Below, piece after piece: positions 39,501-54,500 of a DNA stretch of 64,000 nucleotides; the first letter of the stretch is position 1; each line of letters opens with the position of its first letter. Made by a program: the position numbers and the translations under genes. Location: assembly GCA_002633005.1 (NCBI GenBank), contig NMRA01000588.1, forward strand, positions 186,001 through 250,000, in the 5' to 3' direction. The DNA comes from Phoronis australis (lineage: Eukaryota; Animalia; Phoronida). The notes under the pieces are model-generated. The model saw nothing but the letters and a program-made list of their open reading frames with translations, was not told the DNA's origin and ran no database searches.

Positions 39501-42500
39501 TGAATGAATTTTCGGACGGATCCGACTACCGGTGTGCCCCTGGTGGCAATTTTAGTTTTTTACGTTGTCCTCTGCATCTTTGTAGCTCCTTGACGGATTT
39601 TTATGAAATTTTATAATTAAATAGGTTTCTATTGATGAGATGATGACAGGTTCCTGTTTTCGGATAGATTTGATGTATAATGGCCGTTTTTCTTATCGTG
39701 AAATTTTGCAAGTAGGTTTCTATTAAGTAGATGGCGACACCTACTCCTTTTCTGGTAGACTTGAGGTATTCTGCGCCACCTGATGGCCATTTTAAAAAAA
39801 TTTTTAGTACGTTATTGATGTCATGTTTTCCATCCACCAAACTGCTTGAAGTATCATAATGTGGTCGTGGGCGCATTTCAATGCTCCGCGTTGCTCTTGT
39901 TTTTTATCAAAGTCGAAGCATTTGATGTGTTAGTGACATTTTGCGATATTTACTGATGGGACCGACTGACAGACAAAAGTAGTCAAGTGTGGAAACAATT
40001 TCAGTGTTGTCTAATATTCCCCTGTTATTATCCAGTGACGTTGACCGAGTACAAAGTACAACAGGAGCAAGTGATTAGTGAAGATCTGCGTTCAGCGCTC
40101 AACGTGGAGAGAGGTCGAGTTATGGAGCTCTCGAGCAAACTAAGTCGGGAAAAGAATGTGTGCGAGGACCTACGCGAGGAGCTGGCCACTGCACACGCTC
40201 AGCTGGTCAAAGTTCGTGACACACTGGAGCGGGAACAAGAGGAGTTGAACAACGTCTCGTAAGCTTGTTTCTGGTTTTGCTACCGTGAAATTTCACCAGT
40301 TTAGGTCTTATGATAGTTTCGCACTTTTTATTAATTGTAGAAGATATGCTTCCTGAAATTACAGATTGTCCGTGTTTCAGCTCTTTACCATAGTTATCAC
40401 CCAACAGTATTACTTTTAAAAAATTGTGGGTGTTGTCCGCTTGAAACGTTTCAATCAAATTTGATGAGAGCACTGAGAAGCTCCGCTGGTCTCGCTATTC
40501 ATTATCTTGTGATATGCAATATGGTTTTAGGATGGCAGCAAAATGGGGTCACATGTCGCGATGTGTACCTTCTCAAAGGATTGTGTTGCTTTAAGTTGTT
40601 AATTTTTACTCAAAATATTTTAGATGAAATGTTTTTATTATTTTTGTTTGTGTAAAAGTAAACTGCAGCGAGGTTTCAATGTCTTTTGTTTGGGTTCAGT
40701 TGATGTTGATTGTGACATGGTCTTGATTGTAGCTTACTGTTACGGGATCTATTGTGAGTTTTGTGTTGTGACCACACACTTTACACTTGCTTTGTTTTGG
40801 CCAGCTATCAATGTGGAAATGGGTTTTGGCAAAATTATGCGCATGTTAATTTTACTGCTTGGAAATTATTTTAATTATAACTTTCATTTCCTGCGGGTCC
40901 AATAACTAGTATTATAATAATTATCAAGTGTATATTATTTACCTTTCTTGGCTTTGAACATAATTTAGTATTTTTGGTGCTACTGAACTTTTACGTTTAG
41001 GATTCACAAAGACTTAATATATGGATTACTAATCATGCTCTAAAATGCCATAATGACTATTTTTACCTTTATGTCTGTCGGGCACATTTTCGACTTCACT
41101 CTTGCACTACTGCTGGTTCTTAAGATGTTTCTCCTAATGCTTGTAACTTTTGTTTAAAGAATAAGATACACTTCTTCCTTAGCTGGCAGAAAACAAAAAA
41201 TGACTTAGACCCGCTACCCTTATAAAATCGGTCTCGTAACTTTCTTGCGGCGTTGGGATTTTATTTCTATTACCAGCAAGAGCATTGAAACTAGGAGTGA
41301 CTCAACAAAACAATTTCGAGTTTATTGGGGATAGTCAACCATAAAATGGAAGATTGGAAAATAGTGTACGATTGTTTGCATTGCATGTGACTTGTCTTTG
41401 TAATGGAAATGAAAAACTATCACAGCAAGTAATGTTATGAGGACAATTTTTTGAGAGTTGAGGGCATAACTTGATATTTGTTTTAAGCTTAGCCTAGCTA
41501 ATGAACTTGGCAAAATACGTTGAATGGGACATGGATGTTTTTGGATGTTTGGTTTAACTCCCACAACTCACGTAGGCCTATACATTCACCAGTATACTTC
41601 CAACTGACTGTACATGCACGCAAAGATCCACACACCACTCAATTACAGGCCAAAAAGGGTTGCTATATAGTCCTACTTGGGTAATCCGTATTTTTGTTGT
41701 TGAATTGTGACTTCTTGCGTTAAATACATGTACTTACTACAAACCTCCACGCTTATTAACTCCGCTTCTTTAAGAAATCAGGGTGATAAGTTTCAAACAA
41801 ACACATTTTGCTAGGTTAACACTCAAGTACTTAGTATACTCACGTTAGTGACGTGTCATTCAAGAAATGTTGAAAATGTGACATTTGGAAAACATTTAAC
41901 GAATTTTGCATGGGAATGACCCATAAAATTGCATTTAGCTTGTTGATGTTTAAGGAAATTTTTTCAAAAGTCGATTGTGGGTGTTAAAATAAGTGCTCCT
42001 TGACTTTTAACGAATTTCATTAAAAAGTTAAGGGTTTGTGGATTGGGTGTTTTAATTTGCAGTTAATTTGAAATTATCACTTTTTGACTACACAGGTCAG
42101 CTCTAGAGGAAGAAAGGATGAAGACAGGTCAGCTGACCCAAGAGGTGAGTGACCTCAACGAAACTGTTGAACAGCTTCAAGGTGACCTTGACAGTGAGAA
42201 AGAACGGAGTATCCATGTACGCGAACGGGAAGGTTACACCGTAGAGGTAAGGATAAAAGGGACTGGGGTAGTTTGAAATGATCTTCGTTATAATTATCTT
42301 GATATTCATCTTCTATATGTTAAAATTATGTTAAAAGATGTTTCGATTTGTGGCCGCTGTTGACATGTTGTGTGTATTACAGTAAAAATACTTTCACAGC
42401 CTATATGGTGCTATGCCAGGGTTCGTATTCAGTGGAGACTTGTAATGGCTGAGCATAGCATTTTTAGATTGCCTCACACTGAGATTTCTGGCTCCATGCG

Positions 42501-45500
42501 CACTTTGACGCATTTGGTATATTATTTTTTGAAAGTAAACTCTAATGACTTATTTAAGTGTTTACCTAAAGGTAACCTTGGAGTCCACTTTCAATTGTTT
42601 TTTTTTGTTTTTCTAGCGTCTACAGCTGGAGTATGAGGGTGAGAAAGAGAAGAGACTGCAACTAGAGGGCGCTCTCGAGAAGCAAAAGATGGCTATGTTA
42701 AATCTCCAACGGGAACTCGACATACTGAAGAGTGAAGGAAATGATTCCGAGAGCAAATTCAAAGGCATGATTGTTGAACTGTCAACAACAGTTGACATGG
42801 AAAAAGCCAAGAACATGGAAATTCAGAGGTGAATTTGTCATTCTCCCAGTCATTACATTTTCGTTGGTGAACCAGTCTATAAGCTAAAAGCAGATTTAAA
42901 CAAATCATTTTTATGCACCTACATTATGTGTCTTTTGTCATCTGCATGATGGAAAGTGGCAGGTGCGTTTCTATTGAGAAAAGCATTTGCTTTGCACCCC
43001 CTAGAGGATATTATGAAGTTTCTTTACTAGCATCCCTCGCTTCAGTGAGAATGTTCATCTCTTTTATCTCCACACTCTGTGATGCAAACAGTGGGTGCAT
43101 ATCAAGGCTCTGCGTTGCTTTTGTGGTAATATATCTTGAAACTTTTCAAACGTTTGTTTTGTTGAAATTTTCTGAAAGTGTGACTGTCTGGAAGTCTAGA
43201 GCACAATGAGTTATATTTTGCTGAATAAATTTTACTAAATTTGAATTTGAATACACAGTGCTTTGGACCGTGAACAAACCCTGTCTAGTCAACTGAAGGT
43301 GGCTCTTGAAGAGGAGCGAAGCAAGGTTCAAAAGACTGCCACTAGGGAGCGCTCATCTGTAGTGGATTTACAGACCATGTTGGACCTTGAAAAAAGTCGC
43401 GTGCTTGAATTGAACACTGCCCTGGAACGAGAGAAGTATAAGGTACATTTTAAATTTACTTAGCAATGCTTTTATTAAGGAAAAAGTAAAATTTGTTGAT
43501 CGATATCCTTGACATTAATTTTATTTCGATGGAATTTGTCAACGGGCTTGAGCTAATACACTGGGTAATATACATCTGTTGTTGTAGGTATGATTTCCCA
43601 TTGGTTGGAGAGTAGTTCCCTGGGCAGAGGTTCTTTTCAGCAAGGGCATTAGAGAAGTCCGGCTCAAACTAGTTATCGGTCACATAACGGGCAGACTCGG
43701 GTCAGAAGGGTGTTAACTGCCCTGCCTGTTGATACTGGCTCAATGATTGCATTTCTTCTGCCTCTGAAAGAGAAGGGTTGGATATGGGTTTGGAAGTTAA
43801 TATGAAATAAATAATGCAGTTCTGTTGGTCCAACTTCAGATCACCAGCCTGTCTGCCTCGCTGGACATGGAGAAGGCTCAGAACATGGAAGATATGGAAA
43901 GAGAAAAAGCTGTGGTGAGACAACTAAGGAAGAACGTCGAGAGTCTGCAGGTAGGCAGTGGTGACTGTGTGGGCGCTCTTTGAAATGTTGGGACATCTTT
44001 GTTGTCATAACTTTGCCCTGCAGTGTTGTGAGGGTTATAAAACATGGTTGCACTCAAGCAGTGCTCATCTGTCAACACAGCACAATTTTAGCTACATCCA
44101 AGAGTATTGTATGTTAGGTTCGCCAGGGACTGAGGTGTTCGGCATTTCACTCGACTATAAGGCTACGGAATTCGATAGCAAATGGAATCTATGTGAAAGC
44201 AATGTCAATCTTTATTCGTCAAATGTATATACTTAAATCTGTTGTCGATTACAAAGTTAGCAGGACAATTTGCAGAGCCATGAGTGGACTTCAGGGAAAG
44301 TTTATTGACCACTATTTACATTTTCTCTTCAGAACCAGAGGCAGGAGTTGCAGAGGCAAGCAGAGTTTGAGAAGGAGCGCGCCACCAAGTATCAGTCTGA
44401 CCGTGAGAGGGTGCAGACAAGTCTGACGTCAGAACGCGACAGCAATAGGACACGTGAACTGCAGCGTGAAACAGAGCGTCAACAAGAACGGCAGAGACAG
44501 CGGGAACATGAGCGGGCACGTGAGGAAGAGAGGAGGAAGGCGGTAAGAAATGCTCCTGGAGTCTCAGTGGTCGAGGAGTTGTTGCACCAAAGTTTAACAA
44601 CAGATGTTGAACCTCCACGTGTCACATTACAATTTTATGCAGCCACGCAATAATTAGTTTGGGTGCATATTGCAGTGAAGAAAGAGCAGAGATTCTTCCC
44701 TGAGGCACCAACATTCAACCCTCTGTTACAAAAAATTGGATTAGAATTAAAAGCTTTCAGTTAATAAGTTGACAGGGTGCCTGACCATGACAAAGATCAG
44801 TTACTGCATCGCTCTCCTGTTACCTCACGTAACTCTTGTTTCAGAATGAACTGAACTTAGAAATCCAAATCCTCCGTCAGAAGCTAGCCACAGCCGAAGC
44901 TATGGCTGTAGAGACTGCTGTACCTCAGCGGTCAGTGGCTACAAGTCCAGCTCGTCCATCATCAGCCGGACGTGTGAAGTCGCCTTTTGACTCGATGAGA
45001 TACCGCGATAGAGCCACCAGTCCATCGGTTGGTGTCATGCAAGCCCAGAAAAAGGAACTGGAATCTGTCATGCAACGAATACATTTATTAGTTGTGCGTC
45101 TGGAAGATACGGCACAGAGTGCAAGGTAGGACAGTTTGTGGGAGTCTTCAAGGAAATAAAAGAATTCTGGTAAAAGGTGGTCGCAAGACAGTGTAGCTGA
45201 AGTGCTGGCATGACGCCCGCTTTGTACTTAGTCTTTAAAGTGGATAGTTATGGGTGGACAGACTTGTGAATCTGATATCACTTCATACGGACATGGGCCT
45301 GTGAAACGGAAGATTCCGATGGCACATTTCTGTGTTAATTTCTCTAGTGGTTTATGTGAGTGTGTGTACAATTTAGTATTTGGAATTAGTATCGATAGCA
45401 ATTTTAATGACAACTTAATATTTGTGGGAACATGCTTATTAGCAATGTTCATTCAGTTCACTTATACTCTTCATTGTTCTTTCAGAATATCGAGTACGAT

Positions 45501-48500
45501 TTCACCCTCCCTGCATGACATCATGGATGAACTTAGACAAATGAAAACCCTACTTTCCACGGACACTGAGGTATTGTCAGTTTGTGTTCATGTGATAGTG
45601 CTGCTTTTTAATACATAACACATTGTACTACACTTCTTTGTTGCCACTCAGGATATTTGAATTGAGAAACTGATAGTATCAGACTGGTAGTTGAGCTTAA
45701 CATGGGCATTGACAAATTTACGAAACTCAGGGGGTGGACATTTTCCCAAGGGACTGCTTTAACGATCCCATCACATGAAATTGTCAAAATGTTGCTGAAT
45801 TAATATTAGTTATGTAGATTTTTTAATCATGGTAATACTGAAGTGTGTGTGGTGGCGTTTACAGAATGGTTTTTCAGGAAATAACTCGTCTACTAATTGA
45901 GGCGAAGGTATCACGTAGCGTAACTTAAAAATGAAAATCTTGAAAGTGGGTGTGGACAATTAAGTGGACAATGGTGTTCAACTGGATGGGAATGATATTT
46001 GACTGCTTGCATTCTTGCCAAATATCTTTTTAATCACGTGCACTAATTATATTTCTTTTTTCTATTGATTGGTGCTGATATTAATATTTTCTGATTGGCT
46101 GTCTGTTGACTCAGTTATTTGTTAACTTTCCCACCTTTTATATAATACTAATTTTACCCTGAATGCTGTCAAGTGGCCATTTCAATTCTTGCCTTTATAG
46201 AGTAAAATTCTTTGTTGGCTGTGTTTTTAGGACCAATTACTCCCTTCTTCATGTAGGTAGTCTGATTCACACTCACTTTGATTTTGATAAAAATACCTGC
46301 CGGAGGTCCATAGTACCAAAAATAATATTTAGTTAGCTCGTTGCATGTAGTGCAGCATTAAATAATTACCCATATTCCTGTGTAACCAATACAGAACACT
46401 TGTTCAGCACAGGTAGCCACAACTTTATTTGACTGGTCCACAACAAGTTAGAGACCAGATTTTGACCAATCATCTAGCCAAATCCATCCACACAAGCGAC
46501 GGCCTGCTAGGAGTCAGCTTGGTCCCCACTGCGGTCATTGAGTGGGTCGGAAATCTAGGACAAGTAGTAAATCAAAATCTTGCAGATTCAATGAGACAAT
46601 ATTTTATGAAATTCATATCAATGGAAACAAATACTGAATATTGTAATGCAGGAGCTATTTTTTGAAGTGAAAATTCAAGAGCCTGTATTTAAGTCAGTTC
46701 TGTGGTTGGTTGTAAAGTGTACTGCTTGCCTATTGAAAATCAACTGACCAGCACCAGAATTTTTGAGCATATGAATGTTGAGGGTGCAAAATGTACCAGT
46801 GAATCACAATTCATACCTTGGCTTGTGGAAAGGTTTGCGTACCTTTGTTGTTTTTTTAACTTGCAAGTGTCAAGTGTGCTATGTCCATAACTGACCATGC
46901 TCAACTGTTCAAAAAGATGCAGCTGTCAAATGTTATTGTGATATGATGTTTTTGCTGAGACAGTAATTGATGGATAAAAACCAGCATGATACCCGAGTGG
47001 GTAAAATACACAGCCTCAGTCCTATCATTTATTCAGCCCTGTATTCCACAGGCTGTCCAGCCCATTGTGAGTGGTTTGAATGAGCGAGTGCTGAAGCAAA
47101 ATGCTGAGCTAACTAACTACGTGGCAGCACTCAGTGAAGACAAGGCTCAACTGAGGGCGGCACTGTCTAACCTTGAAGATGAGATTTTCAAATTCAGACA
47201 AAAACAGGTAGCTGTAACTACGTTCACTATTCTTGCTCTCTTCTTTTTCATCTGTCCAATCAAAGTAAGCTTAACATCAGATGGAAACCTGACTTATGAT
47301 GATTTTTTTACGTTTGATTCAGATCTTATTTGCTTTTAGAATGCTGATGAAAATTTACATCCTATAACTTTCATGTGCATATAAATACTCCTGGGGTTCT
47401 GAATTGCGACTTTAAATAAGTTGATCAAAGTAATTAGAGTAGACTAGCTTTCCTGTCTTTGACTTATGGAAAATTTTACATTTCTCACCAGAAAGTCTTT
47501 CTTCAGCCAATTAGGCATTATTGCATGAGTTTTCATTTAAGACAAGGTTTCTATCTGTAGAACTACTGTGAAACAACACTTGCCCAGTTTTGCTTTCGAT
47601 CTCTTGTTTAACTAATGTTGCCAAGCTGGGTGCTACAGGATGAATCTTGAACTTGCACGTTGCCTGTCGGCAAAATCTGTCTCTGTGGCCTTGTTCATTC
47701 TGCTCACCTCTGCAACTTAATTTTTGTGAAATTAGAGACCGCCTGCATGTTATAGTATACATGTCTTCCATGTGGACTTCCCAGCAACTGTCCCATGACT
47801 GTCTTTTGTTAGAGCTATCTACTGTTCATTGCAAGTCATATTGGTTTTGAAAAAATTTGACGAATGTGTTCTCATTGTAGCTGTAATTATATCGGGTGAC
47901 TGCATCTAATTTCCCTAGCTATACATTGTCATTCATGAAGTACAAACTCTGGGACCAATGCTGTTAAAATATATTAAGTATTTCACTGTCTGTGTTACCC
48001 ACGAACCTCCTCACTACTCCAGCCATTCATCCATTATCCATTATTAGTGATTTGCATATTGCTCACATATGATCCAGGTAAGCTGCAGTCTGTTTGACAT
48101 CATAAACAGTGTATTGGCATTGAGTGATCTGGCAATCCTTTACTGTTTCTCTAAAATAAATGTTTTCTCCACACACAAAAACTAAAAAAGGTCTATTAAG
48201 CTTTAAAGTTAGGACAGTGAAATGTTTAGTCCGGTCAAGTGAGAAAGGTGACAGTTTGTAGTGGTAGATTATCAGGCTCACCTAAAATAGGTTGCAACCT
48301 TAAACCACAACGAACTAGATGTCTGATGGCGAGCGTGTAATGTCCCAAGGTGTACAGTAACTTGTCTTGAAAATTACCAGCCTGGTGCATAGTATCGACT
48401 GACTGAAATGTTGTGCCAGGTTCATAGGCTAGATGTTAGTGTAAATAGACCAATGGACTTGAGAAATGATGTCATTATGTCATTACTACCTCATAGTGGC

Positions 48501-51500
48501 TTTAAGAAGTTATCTTTATGCCATTTACTGCTTAGGAAGACTGCTGTCCTACACTCCATTTTGAATACAACATTTCACACTATACACAAAAAGGTCAGCA
48601 AGGTGCTAATAGTAGATACCGTTCTTTGAGCTTGTTTTGAAGCGTAGGATTTAAATTTTAGAATAGCTTGTCATCTAAGATTGCCAGTGTGTTAAATTTT
48701 AGATCCTCTTGTTTTCATAGCAAACTGCCTGGTTTGTTTATTGTGTCACAGACTTATCAACTTACACTGATAGCATTGTGGAAGCATCAACAAATTTGTA
48801 TTAGTTTCTGATATCTTTGTTCAACCAGTTGTTATTCAACAACAGGGACTATGTTTGTATTATGTTCATAATGCTGTAGTAGCAAAAATCAGTTCAGCTA
48901 ACACTCATTCTAAAAGTTCGTATAAATCTTAGTAGAAACTGTTAAATATGAATTATTCTTATCAAGCAAACGTTTTATTACCTATATTGACTGCTTGACA
49001 GGACATTGTAAACTCTCCTGGTCAAAGAAATATTAATCAGTTTTGTATGCTGCTCCAGTAAATAGTGTGACATTGTTATGACTCCATAATTTAATGCTGT
49101 GTTATTTTCAATGTCTAAAACATTAAGAGTCAGTCAATGAACGGACAAAATGGGGAGTGCTGACTTTCGGAGGCAAAATATTCAAAGCTTTTACAACAAG
49201 CATTCGTATTTGGTGAGCTGCACTGTTTAATATTCTTTTCAGTTATCTGGTGTTTAATTGTCAGTCAGTGTATTTCTTGATAGTTAAGTGTGAAGAATTT
49301 TGAACTTTTAGTGTAAAGTAGTCATTTAAGCTGACTTGTTTGTTACTGTAGGCAGTGTTTTAACTATTGAGGCTTGATTCTTACTAGCAGTTGCAGCATG
49401 TTTCACAGTTGTAAGATGTCATCTTAGTTGTGAAGTTGCCGGAATAGAAATTTTATGTGAACCCCAACTATAGTGTACTTGTTGAAATGCACAAATTACT
49501 AAGGTGAAGAAATGAGTGGTGCTAATAGTACCGTTTGTGGTACCTCAAACGGTTCCCTAACACAAACCCATCACTGTTGTTGGTTTAATTCTGAACCAAT
49601 TTAATATGCACCAGAGTGAAAGTCATAGTTACACATACGCAATAGAACACCAGCTGATGGTGCAGCACCTATTGAAAAGGGGATCATAGAACACACCAGA
49701 ACGTGGCCAGTTAGCTCAAGGGGACCATTGACGTCACTGAGCCAATGTGTTCTCATTACAAAATTTGTTCCAAAAAGGTTGTATGATCCAGTGGTGGTAA
49801 ATTTCCACTAGGCCTGGTGCTTTATGACCCACATGAAACTCATGAGAACCTCTGAGAGTTCAGTTGCCTAGCCTGTTTCTTGAAAGAGTAAAATGACTTT
49901 TTCATTGTTGTCATAGTTTACCTCTTGCAGACATGACCATCATCAGATACTTACCTGGTAACCTACAGTGTATAAGGTATTATCAATGGTACTACATTTT
50001 GTGGTACTCAATAAGTCCCCCAGTGGAATAAGGAAAATCTGATCATTTTTGATTTTCACAGCATTTGGGTGCTTTCATGACTTCTTAAAAAATTGAAAGT
50101 TTGCAGTGGCCTGTCTTGGCAGTTAGTGCAGTGATAAAATTTGCATTACTAATAAATTCTATTTTGGTCATCTACAGTAATTCACACAATTAAAATTATG
50201 GTTAAATGTTAGCTGGGATGTTCTTATGAATGTTTGTAAAACTACCTCAAGCATTTATTTCCTCCAATTTGCAACTACAAAATTAAACATCAACTTAAAA
50301 TTTATGAAAAGTAACAGAGTGTGGTATAAATTGCGCATTCCTTTGCCGCTTTGCAAATGTGTTAACCTGACTTATAAATGGTAGGGTAATGGTTCTGCAA
50401 TGCATTTTGTTTCAGTCATCTTTGTCACCAGGTGGAGCCACCGATCAGTTGCTTGACCTAGAAAGAGTGCGACTGGCCAATGAAAGAGAAGCATGGTCAC
50501 TAGAGCGACAGCGGCTGACATCTGCATTGAGGGAAGCAGAGAAAGAGATAATTCAGCTGAAATCCACCAGTGGAGTCTTGGGTACATCAGCTATTGGTGA
50601 CAGAGAAAAGGTACCTGTTTAGGACGGTAGATGACGGACAAGCAAAATTTTGTTTCTCTATGTTTTTCACAAATTACCTAGCACTAACTAAACATTTTAT
50701 TATCTTTAAGTTCTGTACCACCAGATGATGTTTTGGTAAATTGTGGGCTTTTACGACATAGTTAGAAAATTTTTAAAATGAGAAAAGGTTCTTTGGGAAA
50801 TTATTTTTGTCCGAAATTGGTGAGGTTTTACCATATCGTTTTAAGGTTTTGTGTAATGCTAGAAAAAATTATTTGGCTAAGTTCAGAGCATAATGTCTCG
50901 GAAATGACTATTTGGATTCAAATGAAACTTTCAAGTAATTATTGCATTGTTCTTCAAAATTCTGTTAGGAAGTATTTTTAAAATAGTCCACTTTTGCATT
51001 GAGTGCCTATCAAATTAAAAACTCAGTGAGATTTTTGTGGAACGAAAACAAACAATATAGAAAACTGTACCAGTGTTTTTCAGATCCTTTGAGCTGTTTG
51101 GTAGAAATTGCTAAAACAGAATCAAAGAAATAAAAATTGCCAAGAGATGGTGCAGAATGTGTCGAATCAACCCCAAAAAAGGAAAGTTGTTGCTATCTCC
51201 TAACTTTGAAGTAACTTATTTTTCAAATTTCATTTAAATCTGTTAAGGAACTCTGAATATATGGAGGCATAAAATGTAAAAATTAGATTTACCACATGAG
51301 GGCACAGCTACTGTAGTCGGATCCATCAAAGTCACAGTCTTCTGTTGTCAGCTCTGTAGGAACACATCTGCCAACTTTCATGAAGATTCTTGAAGGAGTT
51401 CTTGAAGTTTTCTATTATACCCAACTGTGACCAGAAACCATCTCGACTACTTTTAGTTTTAAGTTTGTGGCTGCTTGCAGTCTCTCTACTTTCTTAGACT

Positions 51501-54500
51501 ACTCAATTATTGTATCGCTTTCAAGGGTCTACCTTAAGAATTGGCAAAAATTTTCAAAAGGCTTGGTGTTGACTCTGCCCTCTTCAGTGTAGGTGGCACT
51601 GTATGAAGAACACTGGTATGTCATAGACTATTGTACACTACTCCATTCTGCAGATACAGAGGGTCTATGGGAAGTACCTGAAAGCAGAGAGCTTCAGGAA
51701 GGCCTTGGTCTACCAGAAGAGGTACCTGATCAGCCTCATAGGGGGCTTCCGTGAGTGCGAGCAGATGACTCTTTCTGAGATTGCCAAGATGGGTGTGTAC
51801 CCGTCCCAGGAGGATGTACAGAGGCGGTCCAGGCACTCGCGCCCTTTCAACAGGTTTCGCAGTGCTGTTCGTGTGGTCATCGCTGTGTCCAGGTAATGAC
51901 TTGTATAGCTAATAATCAGCTTAAGGTCCATCAAAAAATTCACTTTTTTGTGTATTGGACATTCATTAGAACAAAATCTGAGTGTGGGGCAAAATATGCA
52001 AGTGTGCTATGCCTTAGGATATTTACAAAATCATATTAAACAGTCTTGCCAGTTCATATTTCGCCTCTTTTTAGCTTTTTTTAACAACGATAAATTAAAT
52101 TGCTTGTCATCTTGTACTCTTAGATTTTGAGCTGATAATGTCATAAATTAGTAATGACTCGAATGCCAGCTAATGAGGCAAGAGAATGCTTTTGTTCAGG
52201 AGTTCACCAAATGGTGTAGTGACAAGCAACTATAAAAAAGTCGAATCAGAGAGAAATTTTGAAAGACTTGATTTATGAGCAGTTATATCCGCTGTATTAT
52301 TTCTAACAGATAAATGTTCTCACGCAATCATAATTTCAATTTGTGCAGGTTAATATTTGATGTGCAGTTAAGTAGTGTGATACGTATGACCTTAAAATCT
52401 ACTCTTTCAATGTACGGACTTCCAATCCTGCTTAAGGGTTGTTTTACGGACTATGACTAAAGGTGTGTTATCATTACCTATCATGCCACCTGAGTTTCTA
52501 GCTGGTATTGCCAACTCCTCCAGCACATTTATCATTAAGTAAGCTTTTCCCCATTTCCATGCAAAGATTAAAGACAAAATTGATAGCCTGGTGACCTTAT
52601 TAAAATCATTAGAATTTTACCATTATTGTTACAAACCATGGTCATGAATGGCATTTTTCTTAATTTACAGTCTGTTATTTTTGTTGAAATTTTGCCAGGT
52701 AAAGCTCTACTTGTGTGTACTGAATTAAAGAGCATTTACCATATGTGAAATCAAAACTAAGATTTTTCTCAACCTGTTTTCGACCATGACCTGTGGTGCC
52801 ACTTGTGGCGGTAAACTAAAGTGTGGTATCAATCCCGTGCAGGTTGAAGTTTTTAGTCAGTAAATGGAGACGTGCGATGAAAATTGGATCCCCTGTGGTC
52901 TCTGGTGCTCTACAGAACCCTGGTAAGTACTTGGTGTGTGCTCCGCAAAAAGACATCAGACTACCTGCACTTTTTACATTTAATGCTGAATTGTCTGTGC
53001 CTCCGACAATCCCACTGTGACGGACTTCTGCTGTGTTGAATACATTGTGCTGCACACATCTTATACCTCACCTTCAGCATAGGGTGTGCCTTCAATTGCT
53101 CATGCCTTGCAGGGTATGTGCTTGACTGTGCATACAACCATATTCTCAATATGTCCGATTCTGGAATAAAATTAGTTGAGACCTTTTTCCATGATAGTGA
53201 CGTGTGTAGGCAAGCCACATATTAAGTGGGCATGTGGCAAATGTTGTGTTGTGTCTGGCTAGCATAAGGCTGGTATCTTTTGAGTTTACAGAAATCGTGC
53301 AAAACTGGGCTTCCATGTTGGCTGTGTATAACCAGGCTTATTTTTATTTGTTTAAATTTCTTTAAAAGACTCGGTCATCACATCAGTGAATCTACCAGTT
53401 TCCATGTGAACGCAGTCAGAAATATTAACATCAAGTGGAACTACGAGGAGAGATGTACAGTTAAACAGATGAATATGATATGTATATCAGGTGGTGTGCA
53501 GTGTAGTCTTAAAAATGTTTGCGATAAACAGAGTGTGATGAAGTTGGGCAACTCATGCAAGCATCAACAAACACTGTACGACATCAATGCTTNCCCCTGT
53601 GGTCTCTGGTGCTCTACAGAACCCAGGTAAGTACTTGGTGTGTGCTCTGCAAAAAGACATCAGACTACCTGCGCTTTTTTACATTTAATGCTGCATTGTC
53701 TGTGCCTCCCACAATCCCACTGTGTCGGATTTCTGCTATGTTGAATAAATTGTGCTGCACACATCTTATACCTCACCTTCAGCATAGGGTGTGCTCAATT
53801 GCTCATGCCTCGCAGGGTATGTGCTTGACTGTGCATACATTACAACCATATTCTCAATATGGCCAATTCTGGAATAAAATTAGCTGAGACCTTTGTCCAT
53901 GATAGTGACGTGTGTAGGCACGCCACATATTAAGTGGGCATGTGGCAAATGTTGTGTTGTGTCTGGCTAGCGTAAGGCTGGCATCTTTTGAGTTTACAGA
54001 AATCGTGCAAAACTGGGCTTCCATGTTGGTTGTGTATAACCAGGCTTATTTTTATTTGTTTAAATTTCTTTAAAAGACTCGGTCATCACATCAGTGAATC
54101 TACCAGTTTCCATGTGAACGCAGTCAGAAATATTAACATCAAGTGGAACTACGAGGAGAGATGTACAGTTAAACAGATGAATATGATATGTATATCAGGT
54201 GGTGTGCAGTGTAGTCTTAAAAATGTTTGCGATAAACAGAGTGTGATGAAGTTAGGCAACTCATGCAAGCATCAACAAACACAGTACGACATCAATGTTT
54301 TTTGGAATGCCTTATCTTACTGAGTACTGAATATTCATGCATACAACAAAACTTTTGTTTTTCTGTTATTAAATGTTAAGCCAGCCTCCATTTCGTGGGT
54401 TTGTCTAGGTGCAAGTTCAAGTCGTTCATATCACCCGTCCACTGACCAGTCTCCTCCGCAGACTAGTCCCAACAGTGCATCATATCGTTCCCGCCTGTAT

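Noticed and set aside
46231-46665. Extra exon(s) at 46231-46256 and in ORF 46429..46665
   Set aside because: The 26-nt segment shifts the frame alone, the partner acceptor lacks a pyrimidine tract, and exons 43-44 already join in frame.
53280-54323. Two paralogous ~110-aa ORFs (MSLQKSCKTG...)
   Set aside because: Intronic chance ORFs that appear twice only because of the N53593 haplotype overlap.
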